DNA from: Seison nebaliae
Lineage: Eukaryota
DNA: 64,000 nt
Assembly (NCBI GenBank): GCA_023231475.1
Contig: JALJEE010002335.1
Coordinates: 1 to 64,000, forward strand
Direction: 5' to 3'
A model generated the notes under the pieces. It was not told the DNA's origin. It worked only from the letters and a program-made list of their open reading frames with translations, and ran no database searches. Shown here one piece after another: positions 1-13,395 of the stretch. The stretch's first letter is position 1, and each line of letters begins with the position of its first letter. Made by a program: the position numbers and the translations under genes.

Positions 1-960
1 ATCGGAAATAAATGATTTGGCCAGATCTATTCTTGAAAGCAACAAATCAGGCACATGAAATAATATGTTAAAATTTGACAGTAGAATTCGGAAATCATTT
101 ATGGTATTAGGAGTAGTTAAACCATAGTAATGACAAAAAAAAGTTAGCGGTGAAACAAATTTTTCACACTGAACGAAAGACGGTAAGGCGAGTTCGGAAG
201 TCGCAACAGAATCGAGTATTCTTAAGTATCGTCCCACTAAGAGAACTGGCAAATGTTTCAGACCGCTACCATGGAATATACGTGCTCTATTAAAAGACTT
301 GCCACATCCGAGTAACATACGTACTGATCGGTTATATGCTCGATCGAGGGAAAGTAATGATTTCCGTGTGTTCGATAAGGAGATAGCGAGACCATAGAAG
401 TCACAACAAAACGTTACAAACAAACGAAGCTTCAAAGGAATAGAGAAGAATTTACAACGATGATGAAAAGAATAAAACATTCTAAGAAATCTGCATCGTA
501 TCTTATCGGTCAAAGCAGACGATTTCTTCTTGTTGTCTATCCGACATCCCAGAAATTCAATTTCTTTTGTAACCAATTTTTTCCATTCACTTCTGGCAGG
601 AAAATAGAAGATGTTTGTGAGAATTTTAGATTTCGAGTCACTATACATCTCTCACATAAACGTAATTTTACTAATCGGATGATGGATAAACATTGCATAG
701 CATTATTTGCGCATATCACCATATCATCTGCATAAACATAAAGAGCTAGAAATGAATGATTGACGATTGAGAAAGAATAGAGATTATTTACTTCACATAG
801 AATTTCATCGATAATTTTACCGAAAATCCAGGGAGCAAGAATTGAACCCTGTCTCACTCCTTTATTAATCGGAAAAAAAAACAGAACTCACCGAATTCAA
901 CTTGATGATACCATAAGAATATTTGATTAATGAAGGAAATATATTGATCATCTAATCCAG
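1..960 (-). mobile_element. Degenerate non-LTR retrotransposon (LINE) reverse transcriptase fragment
   Basis: Minus-strand translation gives NKGVRQGSILAPWIF...YVYADDMVI, the RT GVRQG and YADD motifs. In-frame stops occur downstream. Boundaries are approximate. Confidence 0.8.
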
Positions 961-1588
961 CGTCGTACAACACTCTCGTACCATGACACAAAATATTATT
1001 ATTCAGTTATTATGAATTTCTGTAAGAACTATCATGGAGAGAATTTTGCACTTTTTTTGGATGGTATCGAACTTACTTTAAAATTTAATGAAATTCCTAA
1101 ATTTTCGTTATAATGTAATAATGTTATTATAAATATTAAATAGTCTTCAAACTATCAGTGTACTAAATTTTCCACAATAAACAATATGTTGGCTAACACT
1201 ATTTGAACTATTTGGATTTGCAATTTTTTTTCGCTAAAATTTTGCAGAGCAGTAGGATAAGAAATTCTGATTTTAATTTATCAATAATATCTGCTAAATT
1301 TCATTTAGCGCAAAGTTATCGGCTAAGCCTGTGCATGTTTTCATTAGCAACGAAATATTTACCGACATTAGAAAGGCTACATATTCCTTAATTTTTTTTA
1401 AACTAATTTTTTATAAGAAAAATAAGATTTTTTTCCTCGATCCCAACTTATACATCCTGCTCACTGATTTCTGAAAAGGTTGTCAGTCTTGAACTTTGGA
1501 AGTTCCGTTCCAACGACCGTAAACGATAAAAATTGCTTACAGAAAAAAAATCTCCTAAATGAGTAAAACTTCTCAAATTTTCTATTTT

Positions 1589-3452
1589 TTAGTCGTATTT
1601 ATTATCTGTTCCCCACAAAACTAAGAGAGCTTTCGATACATCAAAATCTTTAGGGAAATATTTTTTTCTGAGATTTCGATTTTTCGTATACAAATCTCTA
1701 TCAAAATATTCCACTTTAATTATCCAACGACCAAATGGATTTTCGCCCCAAAAATGAAGTGAAGAAAAAAACCAATTATCAAACGGTAAATTCGAATGGT
1801 CGTGAGTTCTCCGATCAAATAAAATTGATAAAGTATTTGATGGGGAAATTAAAGAGATTTTCAATCGACCACGTTGTTCTTGTTCGCCTGAATAAATGAT
1901 TTGAACATGTTCCAAAATATTCGATGGTTTTACAGCTTTGATACTTTCAGTTCCGTTAAACAATTCGTACATCGAATAATTTTTTCCTTTTTGTCTTTCA
2001 TCGAAATAATTGCAACTATCTTCAACATCAATTCGAAATAAGACTACAGAATTGGCATGTTTACTAAAGAAATTTATTAATAAAAATAGTTTAGATATTA
2101 AATATATTGAACTTTCTAATTAGACCAACGCGCTCCGATTTGATGATACAAACCTTGGCTGGTTCTTTAATAGGTTTCCAATTTTCCGCCAGATCTACCA
2201 TCTTCTTCGCATTCATTAAACCATAACCAAATAGATGACTATCTTTAAAAATGTTGAGTTTTGAAATAATGTTGAAAAATAAACTAACAACGTCTCCCAA
2301 CACCATTAATTCTCCAAAGTGCGTCTCTTGGATTAATTTCGTCCAATGTTGCTGAACGAATGATAATGTGTTGGACATCACGCCATCCTAAATTTGGATT
2401 AGCCTGATAATATTTAAATAAATTATATTTGGAGAGAATTAAACTTCTAAAATTAATGCAATAATTCCAGCCGCTAACGGAGCACTTGCTGAAGTGCCAC
2501 TATGTCCATATGTACATTTATTATGGAGATCAGTTGATACTATTCCGCAATCGAATGAAGTACATTCGTTACCAGAGGAATATGTCACAGCAATTGTCGA
2601 GGTACATTTCTCCACATAATATGGTGAGCGTCCGTTAATAGTTATACTACCTATACTCACAGTATAAATACTACTCACATAACCATCTGCACCACAATTG
2701 TCTTGAAATAACCCTCCGTTACCCGAAGCCCAAACATAAATGACTCCTTTTCCTTTTCGTCCGTTTACTATTCCTTGAATCAATGCATGGTTAGCTAATC
2801 GTCCTGGTCCATCTAATGTACGTCCATTGTCTTCTGGTCCTGTTGATTATTTTAAATTTCTCAGCATTATATTCATTAATTCTAACCCCAAGATGATGAA
2901 TAAATGTCAATATATTCATTTTGATGCATCAATGATATTGCTTCCAATGCATCTGTTATATCACCATCCAACATTCGAATTCCACCAATTTTCGAATTGA
3001 ATGCAATACCCATTCCACACAACGAATTATTGGCAACTGCGCTGGAAACACCAGCACATCGTGTTCCATGTCTATTCGAATTATCTAGATCATATCTCGG
3101 TGTTGGATCATCATCTCGATCATTCAAATCAATCGATGCTCTCTTATCCTGAAAATGATTCGAATTAAATCTCTCTATAATCTATATAAACATAATTAGT
3201 TCTAAGATCAGGATGTGACCGTTCTATTCCATCATCGATGATTGTTATAACAATATTCTTTCCAGAGTAACCAGCTGACCATGCTTCTTTGATACCCATT
3301 CTGGAATGAGATGAATCTATTTTTTCCGGTGCTACATACCACATCTTTTTCATAAGTGGATCATTAAATTTGAGATCATCCATATTTTTCATCGGATTAA
3401 CCCATCTGACAAAATGTCTCAAATTCAACAGTATAATGATGTAATAATTCAT
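1589..3452 (-). CDS. Furin/PC1-like proprotein convertase (S8B catalytic domain + P domain), 6 exons
   Basis: Motifs: IIDDG (Asp), NRHGTRCAG (His), WASGNGG (oxyanion Asn, so not PC2), HSGTSASAP (Ser), P-domain LEHVQI...[11 protein letters not shown]...LVLWGT. Introns 3149-3191, 2840-2886, 2404-2444, 2243-2288 and 2064-2112 restore one frame. The 5' end is uncertain. Confidence 0.93.
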
Positions 3453-3660
3453 TTAAAAAATAAATATCGATAAAATGAATTTGAATATAAAGAAATCAAT
3501 ATTATATCGTGTAGATCGATATATGAAAATATTCCGTGTACGTAGTTGAATACGAAGGAAAAATAATTTAAAAAACTTTGATTGATTTAATGGAAAATTG
3601 AAAACGAATATTTCCATATTATCCTTTATATATAAATTAGAACATAGATTTCCATTATTT

Positions 3661-6600
3661 TTATCTTATGACTATATGTCTCTGATTAGTTGATTTTCCG
3701 TACATTTTATTCGATTGATTCGAAAACGGACGAATACCATCAACCGAATAATGTGTCGTCACACCGTTCGTCGTCGAATCCTTCACCATATAACAATTCT
3801 TATCTATATTTTCAGTCGGAATGTTTTCATAATTCGTCGATTGCGTCGTATTTGGGATCGAAACATTTTTTGCAGTTGCCGTTAATGGAACTTTACTCGT
3901 AAAATATTTTTTCGATCGAACTTTCTTTTCCATTTTCGGTTTCCGATTATTATCCGAATTCTTTTGTAATTTTTGTAAAGTAAATTCCGTTAAAGATCGT
4001 GGGATTCTTAATGATTTTACGATTTTTTCCATTTTCGAATTTGTCTGATGTACATTCAAATAATTTTCATCCGATAATTTCGATGGTTTCTTATCATTCA
4101 ATTCACGAGATGTCGTACTTCGATAACGATTGTTGGATGTTAAATCTAAATTCGAATTCATTACTAATCTCATCAATTGTTGGATAAAATAAAAATGAAC
4201 CTTTTGAATGAGATGGAGATAATTTGTTGGAACGGAAATTTCTCGAATATTTTGATCGATGAGTATAGGAATCATAACTTGGTTGATTAGTTGTTTTTAA
4301 ATCATCCAAATTAAATTCCGCGGCATTTGTTGAAGAGCTTTTCTTAATCTTATTATAAATACCAGTCATATGGTCTTTATTATTCGACAATTTTCTTGGG
4401 AAATTGAACACTTTACTGCCATTAAATTTCGACTGAGAAACTCGACTTCGTTGAAAATGTTTTGACAATTTGGGCGAAGAATTTAGTGATTCATTCGACA
4501 ACTGAATTATTGAAGAAGTTTTCGAATTATTCTTCGAATTCTTTTCAATACTTCGCGACTTTTTACGACTATCTCTACTTTGATTACGACTTCCAATCGA
4601 TTGAATATCAGTTCGTGTGATTGAAGGATTATCGATGATTTTCAATGGAACCGATTCCGAATATCGATGTATATTTTTCGTTGACTTATCATAATTTAAA
4701 TCAATATTATACTTGTTCACCGGTTGCTGACAACTATTTTCAGTCGTTACAGAATTATCGTCAATTGAACATTTACTGCGTCGTTTGAATTTATCAGTTA
4801 TATTATCTGTATAGAGCGATCTCGTTTTACCATGAAATCTTCTAAATGTCGCTTTCGATATCGACCCTTCAATTGGGGCATAACTAGTATTGTTTAATGT
4901 TTTCCCTACACAAATATTTCAATAAATTCAATTTTCCTTGGATAATAGTGAAAAGAAATAACTTGAAGGATCTTCTTCCGAATCCAGATTTTCGTTCGAA
5001 AATCTTACTGTTTTAGATGGACAATTTCGACTTCTGATTGATACATTAACATTTCGACGACTTCTAACTGTGGAAGGAGTACGATTTCGTTCGACTGAAC
5101 TATTTGTTGAATCGTAAGACATTCCAATAATTTTTCTTTCTATTTGATCCGTTGTAGCCGATCGTGACATGTTGTTTGCAGAATTTTCATTTAACAAATG
5201 CTTCTTATCAAGCGTAGTAGATCGAATGAGAATATCGGGAAAATCTCTTTTTTCCATTTTTCTCTTGTGTAACAAATAATAAAGTGCTCGCAATGTGTTA
5301 GGTGTTCGCATTATAACAGATGTCTTGATTTCATCTTCATTAAATCCAAATCTTTTTTCAATTTGAATGATTTGATTTGAAAAAAAATTTTTAAAAATTA
5401 ACTTTTTATTCATATACTGTACTATACCAAGATCAACACAATTCTCATTTTCTGAGTATGATGGTAAAATTGGTTCAATCGGAAGTTCATTCTCATTTAA
5501 CCAAGAATCTTTGAAAACTTCTTTTAACGTATAACGATGACTGACAGTTGGTTCTAATAATCCTCGTAATAATGTTTGGCAATCTACAAGAATCATTTTT
5601 AAGATAGATTTTAAGAACAGAATTTAAACTTGGTGATAAATTATCTGGAATTTGAGCACCTTTCAAAATACATGCATGTAATTTAGCTAAATTTTTACTT
5701 CGATTTTCAACACGGAATGGTAAACGACCTGTTAACATCGCATACATATTGACACCTCTAAAAAAAAAGATTATATTAAAAATTGAGAGAATAGAAAACT
5801 AACATACTCCACACATCGACCTCTGGTCCATATTCACGATGAGCAAATATTTCAGGTGCAGCATAAGCGGGAGAGCCACACTGTGTATTCAATACATCAC
5901 GTTGATCGAGACAATTACTTAAACCAAAATCTGATAAAAATAAAAGAATAGAAATTGATCTTAATTGTCTATGAACAAATAAGAGATTTTAGGAATGAAT
6001 TATATAATCTAATGAATTCTAAAATTATGTTAAAATTAAAAGAATGAGGTTGATCGGTTGGTAGAATTGTTGTCTATCAAAAGAATAAAATTAAATTGTA
6101 AGAAAACTAAAGAAATTATTTGGTTCTATTGAAGATTATTAGAGAGTTGGAGCATTTAAAAAATTTTCCTTACGTTTCAGATAGCTGGCAATGTATTTTA
6201 TAAAGAAACTTCATACAAAATTTGAAAAGTCAAAATTTTCTTAGTTTGTTTAAATGAATTTTTTTAACCGATAATTATCATATTCCGATGATTATTCAAA
6301 ATGAAGTTTTGTAATTTAATATCACGATGAATGACTTTCAATTTATGCATATGATCCACAGCACTGACAATTTGCCTAATGTAACGCCTTGTTTCATTTT
6401 CGGATAAACGTTCTCTAAAAATGAATGAAAAATATGAAATTTAATTGATTTATTTCCATCATGTAAACTTTGCAGTGAGGTATTTAACGAAATCAGTACC
6501 TTCGATCAAATCCATAATTATATAATAACTATTATCAGTCTCCATAACTTCATGCAATCTAACTATATTCGGATGTTCCATTCGTTGCATTAATGTAGCC

Positions 6601-6833
6601 TCACGACGAAGATTAGATCTCATATAGTTCCGTTTGATGACATCTTTCTTATTAATGATTTTAACAGCAACACGTTCGTCCGCGAGAATGTGTTGAGCTA
6701 GTTTGACTTTAGCAAAACTGCCTTCACCAATAACGCCACCGATAATGTAATTGCCTACTTTCTTCTTTCGTTCAGTGTTGGCCAAATTATTGGGAACGTT
6801 TGGTGTCCAATATTCCCGTTCATCATTTGTCAT
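3661..6833 (-). CDS. HUNK: HUNK-like AMPK-related (CAMKL) Ser/Thr kinase with long disordered tail, 8 exons
   Basis: VGNYIIG..IGEGSFAKV, VAVKII, NLRRE, HRDIKLQN, spliced DFG and TQCGSPAYAAPE, with a HUNK-like N-lobe (ETDNSYY). Seven GT-AG introns join the ORF pieces to the TAA at 3661. Confidence 0.85.
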
Positions 6834-9800
6834 CGTCCAAACATAGTACCTACTGGAGTGACAGTTAGAGTTGGGAAGAAGAAGATTGTGGAGAGGAGAA
6901 TTGGAAGATTAAGTTGGAGACACGAGTAATAATTTGGTGATGAGTTGAATGGTGTTTTAAGGAATGAAGTAAGGCAAGAAAGTGTATAATCTCAAAAGTA
7001 TAATGCACAAATGAAGCCGTGCTAAAGAGAATGAAACAGAATGAAGTATAAAGTAAATGAATGTAGCTTCCGCAATCCTGAAGGCAAGAAAACCAAATGG
7101 AAATTGAGTACGAGAGAGAAAGGAAACACGCTTAATACACTTCATATCGTTTCAATCGTCTTCGTTCATTGTGTTGTACTTCAAACGAAATTTTATACGT
7201 ATTATATAATATAACGATATAAACATTAGTTCTTCCACAAATAAATACATTTCAATCATCGAAAAACTCGCAGTGCCGTGTTGTAGATCATACATAAGAA
7301 CCTACATATTTATCATTCGACTTGGAAATCACAAGAAGAAAAATCTACTAATCAACAAATAAGAAGAATAGAAGAAAGAAACGAAAGAATATCCAAAAGA
7401 ATATTGATATTATGTAATGAGAATAATGGGGGAGAATTTGAGAATAAATCTGAAATAAAACATTAAACATAAAGGTGAAGTATATTAAACAGCATTTCAC
7501 TAACAAACGGTTAACTGACATATTTATATGCCCCTAATACATGGAGCATTAAGCATGAATAATTTCAAAATTTTAATGGATATAATTTCCTATATTAATT
7601 TCTTGAACATTTTGCCTTTATTCTCCCAACATTCGCTTTTGTCGGGAAATCGATAAATTAGTATACTGGTCCTACTCAATCCAATTACCTTCCAAATCTC
7701 AAAATGAAATGTTTTCAACGAATGAAGAAAATTAGTTGTTGGACAATTTCTATTCTCAACCATTTCATAATTTAAATGTGTGTTCTGGTCCATAATCTTT
7801 CGCTTAATAGCTTTTGCATGAAAATTTATTGAATTTACTTTTTTTTTACAATAAATTGTATTTCAATTACTTTACTTTCTTTTCAATCGGAAACTTGTTT
7901 TTATGAAACACTTTTCATCGGTATAATTCGATATAATTTTTCTTATTTTTCGAAGTATAACTCTAAGTGAATTGACGTATTATTCCTGCGAGAACAACCT
8001 ATTGAATACATACATCTCTTGACTAGTAAGTTCTTCAATATATTCTCACCTTCCAAGTCGTAAGTAGATATTTCTTCTTTAATGTTCCATTGGTTAGGAG
8101 TTAAGTGGAGGGGCATGTGACTGACCGATCCCGTGAACACTCCTTAATAGTCCTAATAATATTCGACTTTTCTAGGTCTCTACCAAATTATTTAATATGG
8201 TTGAATCGAATAGATTTTTGAATGTATAATCTGTCTTCTCATCTGTCGAACTGACAGCTGTGAGAAAAGATGAGCAAACTTACGAAATTGAGAAAAACAA
8301 AAAATTAAATGGAACTCCAATTTATCGTAATGTGATTAACATAAAAAAAGTAATGTGCACGAACAGCAAAAATTTTTAAAAATTAGTTTGTTTTCGTAAT
8401 TTAGGAGAATGTTGGATGGAGAGGTTTCTAATATTATGTTTACGAAACGATTTCTGTAAAGACTTGTGATAATCCTTTTATTCTAAATCGAACTTGGTTA
8501 CATTTCTCTTTTTGATTTTATTTGAAATCAATACGAGAGAATTCTTGAAAACTATGAATTGTTCCTGAAGCTTCAATTGATTGGATATATAAGTTTCCTT
8601 AGAACCTAACACGGTTACATCTGTAAGTGAAATGGGAAAAAAACTAAAAACAAGAAAGTGGAAGATTGGCACATACTCGTAGAAGGAATTGAACGATCGA
8701 GTGATTGTGCGAACCGAAAGGAACCGGAACGAGGAGGAGAATGAGAAGAAAGTATCGTTCGTAAGGACAACAACACAATTGAGAATAAGATTAGAAAATG
8801 GAAAGAACGACGATTGAGAAACGAGTAATCGTCGGTGTGAGGAAATGAATCAAATAATTGAATTAAATGTTTTCTTATTTTTTCTAATAAATTTTCCTTC
8901 TTTCTTGTTTTATTTATTTTCCTTTCAACTTCAGACAAATAAGTTCTTTCCTCTCTAGTTAATAATTCTTCTCCGGACACTTTCTCATATGTATGTGTGT
9001 GATGTGAAGGAAAAGAATACGAAAATCTCTAACATAATCACCATATATGAATCTTGATGTAATAGAGTAAATTTCATATAATTGATGTATCGTCTAACGA
9101 TGGCATAGTAGGGGAGTATATCTGCGTGTGAGATTCTTCTACAGTTACATGTTTTGAGGAGAAAATCGATTCTATACTATTACGTAAGAGAAAATTTTGA
9201 ATTAGAGCACTAAATGGAATTACCATATTTTCTTTTCCATGTTTAACTTGGGCGAATGGAAGTGTATTAGAATGGGAAATTGAAGTGAATGGTGAAGAAA
9301 TGAAAATCTATTTTGCCCTTGATACATTGGGACGACTATCGAGAACTATAGATTCATTCACACTTCTTTGATGCTTGATATTCTATTAGAATAACAGATG
9401 GAATAAAGTAGAATACTAATAAGTAGAGTTGTTATGTAATAATCGTTAGTTGTCTACTATTCACATTATTCGATCCAATGATGGAATTCCATTGTATAGA
9501 ATTGATAATTGGATTCGACAGGAAAAATGTTCAATGGAATTCAATGGCTAAAGAAATTTCCTGTTTTGTGCATTTCTTTCTGAAAATCCGTTATTTTCCT
9601 TCTATCCATTTGATTAACAATCATGAATAGGATGATGAAGGGAGGAAATTATTAGGAAGAAAGGAATCGTAACAGTAATTTGATTATTAACTTCCAATTG
9701 CAATCACTTCTCACAAACAACAACTTTCTTCTAATTTGTTTTCATCTATCACAAACCGTCAAATCGATACATAACCGATGCATTCATCTATATTTCTCAG

Positions 9801-12800
9801 CTACTTCCCATTGAACCGCAAATAAGAAATGATAGTTATTGTGGAAGATGATTTGAAAACACACGATCCACTCCAAGTGAAGAGTGATTAACGAAATGAT
9901 ATTTGTCTCAAAACGATCGATGTGTAATAGAAAGTAGGAACGAAAGAAAAACTAATTATTCATTTACATTCACAATTCTCCTTTGGGAGTATTGTTTTGG
10001 GAAAGAGTTGGTTATGGTGATGGAAAGGAGATGAGGGGGAAGTGGTAATTGTGGCCATAAAAATCAGTTAAGTTAACTGCATCAGACAGATGATTACATG
10101 AGATTTGTTTAGAATGTCGGAGTATTAAATGGAAGTGAAACTTTTTTCAAAATATGTAAGGAATGAAACAAATGAATGAAGGAAAGAAGGGCGAATTTCA
10201 TCATTGTTGTTTGTGTAGCTTGCCGTAATTTGCATTAAGAAATGCGACCCCTTTTGAGCACTCATACGCCTCCTTCTTTTAACAACGTCTATGTATGTCG
10301 ACAATTCATATGGAAATGTTGCATTGTAAACGATAAAGAATATATTAAAATTTCCCTCTATCAATCATTGTGGTGCTGACTCTGCTATTGAACTCAATTC
10401 ATATATTTACAGATAGATAGTTACCTCAGACTAATATATTCGACTGGGAACGTCTGACTGGGAAAGAAGTTAAGTTTCCTCAAAACACTCAGGAGAAGTT
10501 ATGATATATTTCTAATATTTCTCTTTGGAAAACATTGGGAGGGTAGATTGATAATTTACTGACAATTAATTTACAAGTATCACCTATGTGCACCGAAAAT
10601 GCACAGAGAGATGATTTCCATTAAAATGGTAGCATTGGAGATTACATGGATACATATATTAGAATTAACATTTATATTCTCCACTTTTATTTAATGTTTA
10701 TGGAAAGTTTTGAGTTAATAACAATAATTAACTTCCCCAATTTTCTGTTGATCATTATACTCATTTCAAATTACTATTCATTCTCCAGCATTAATCCATC
10801 CACACATAATCCGATTGAGAAATGTTGTTATTCTTGTTGTTGATCTTGTTGATCTTGTAGTTATTACTTCTCCTCATAACTCTAATAAGATATGTGGGAA
10901 AGATAATAACATTATCTACCAATTCGAATTCTTTGTAATTAAAACATTTTTAATTCTTGGAGAATATGTTGTGTTTAACAGTTGCCATCATCGCGTTAAA
11001 ACCACAAATGTTATATTTAATCTCTCATTTATCAACAAACGATAAATCATATTTCACATGAATAGGCAACGATCCTTTCAGCATCATTCTGTTATTCCAT
11101 TGTTTAGATGATATCTTCATTCCAACTCATCATTAACTTCATAATTTTCAAATTGTAATAGATCGCAACACATATCACAACAAAATATATTCAGTAGATT
11201 AACATAAGTTACAGAAAGTTACCATTCCATCTAATAAATATTACGTAAACTTAAAACAAACTAACATAAATACACACTATTCTTCTGATTTGAATGACAA
11301 ACAACATTCAAATGATATTCTCAACGCATATTGTAGATACATAAAACGAAATGAAAGTAGACAGGAAAATAATGCTCATTCAACTTAAAATTATGTTTCA
11401 TGAAACAATGATGCATATAAATCATATGGATGAAAACCTTCTGACCTTTCACAATTATTATGATCTCCAGTTATTTATTTTTAAGTATCTTTAAGTAAAA
11501 AGAATAATGAATTCCGCTCAACATTTTTATCAGATAATCTGATGAACCTAAAATTAAATTGGCACAATATTCAGTCAGACACATATTCGCTCTCATCTGG
11601 TAGACGTAGAGAATTCGGTGTTGAAAGAAGATGACAAGAATAAAGATGAGGGATGTAATCGTAAATTTTCGTGAATCATAATAAAAATCAATAAGCAGAG
11701 ATGGGACGAGGTATTAGGAGATAATATGCTCGAAATAGGAAGATTAAAAGATGGAAATTCTCATAATAATTATAGATTGGAATTGCAAAGTAAAAACATA
11801 GAAATCTTCTCTACAACTGTTTCTCGATGTCAATTTCATTTGATTATAGAGGAAGGTGTTTATCATTAAAATGACTGGAAAAGAATGTATAATCTAATAT
11901 GACAAGATTACGAACGATTTGGATATTTTCGAATAGAATTAATTATTAAATCGAATAACTGGTAAATTCCCATATTCAATTTTCGTAAGATCAATATAGA
12001 CGACTAATTAAATCGGAGCATTTCATTTATAAATTTACTATTAATATTAAGCCACGATAGCGCCAGAGAGGATGATATAGGTGATTTATATGGAATTCGA
12101 TGTATCCTTCATCCATTTGAATCGGTTCACTCAATCGATTTGATTTTAGTCTTTCTTCATCTCCTCGACCTTCATTCCTGAGTAGTGCAACGTCGATTAA
12201 GTGTATAGATTGAATCGATATTTTTGAATGTATTCATCTGTCAATCTCTCATTGAATTCTTCCATTCATCTTCATACCCCAAAAAACAAATCACAAATGC
12301 TCCACTTGTTTCGATGAATTTCCATGAATATACAACAATATATTTTCATGTGGGTAACAATAAAATTTGTATTGCGGATAATATATTGAGACGATGCTTC
12401 CAGTATCATCTTCACCTTCCCAAATCATTCACCATTTGTGGTAATTATATATTAATATGATAAGATGAAACACGAAAGGGATTATCTTCCATTTCAATAA
12501 TTTGTCTTGACTAACAATGAGTGAGAACGATGAAGTATTTTTACAATTTCATACGAATGAGACCTTATTGCATAGACGACATGCCAATGTTGTTGTGTAA
12601 TCGGAGAGAGGAGTGGTGAAGTGGCTGGAATTGAGAATTTAATCGGTTTTACAACAATATGAAAAAGAAAATAATAAACTTTCTCTTATCAATTCCATTT
12701 TAATGGAAGAGAAATATCATGCCTCTTAATATGCATTGACTTAATGAATGGATTTTAACAACACTAATTTCTTTGGAAAATAAGTTATTCCGTTCTATTT

Positions 12801-13395
12801 GACATTGGCATCCAATGAAGATTAACTGATTAACTGGTAGCATTTGTGCTTTCGTCTGTTCCAATTCTACTCCAAATTCATACACGGGATTAATATTAAT
12901 TACCATTCGTTCTATTCTCGTAATATTAAGATGTTTGTCCTCCTTTATCATTCTATCGTTGTATGAATGACGACAAATAAAGGATGATAAGGACATTGGA
13001 TGATATGCGTGTATGTTTTGAAAGGAAATAGAACAACCAGAAGGAAATATTCGTCGAAAGGATTTAGTATTTTCTCAGTTATCTAGTGAATGTTGGCGGA
13101 ATATTGAATGATCTGTTCGGGGAAGCATAACTTACTCATTCTCTTCGCAAATGATTTTCTTGTCGTCTTCCATTACATCGCATTATGTAACTATTTTATG
13201 ATTATTTGGATGACAATGTAAGAGACGTAACTTTAACTAATTGTATAAATTGTATGTGAAATCTTTTATTTCTATCTTATCTTATTCATTTTTCCTTCAT
13301 CTTAACCCAACTTCCATCCAGATTAGTTGAATAGAATGAGCATTCCATCTTTTTCACTCATCACATGAATTGATGTTTCCACATTAGTCAACGGA

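Noticed and set aside
7560..8980. Short minus-strand ORFs upstream of HUNK as candidate convertase prodomain exons or TE relic
   Set aside because: No prodomain-like sequence, no terminal R-x-K-R and no recognisable TE motif.
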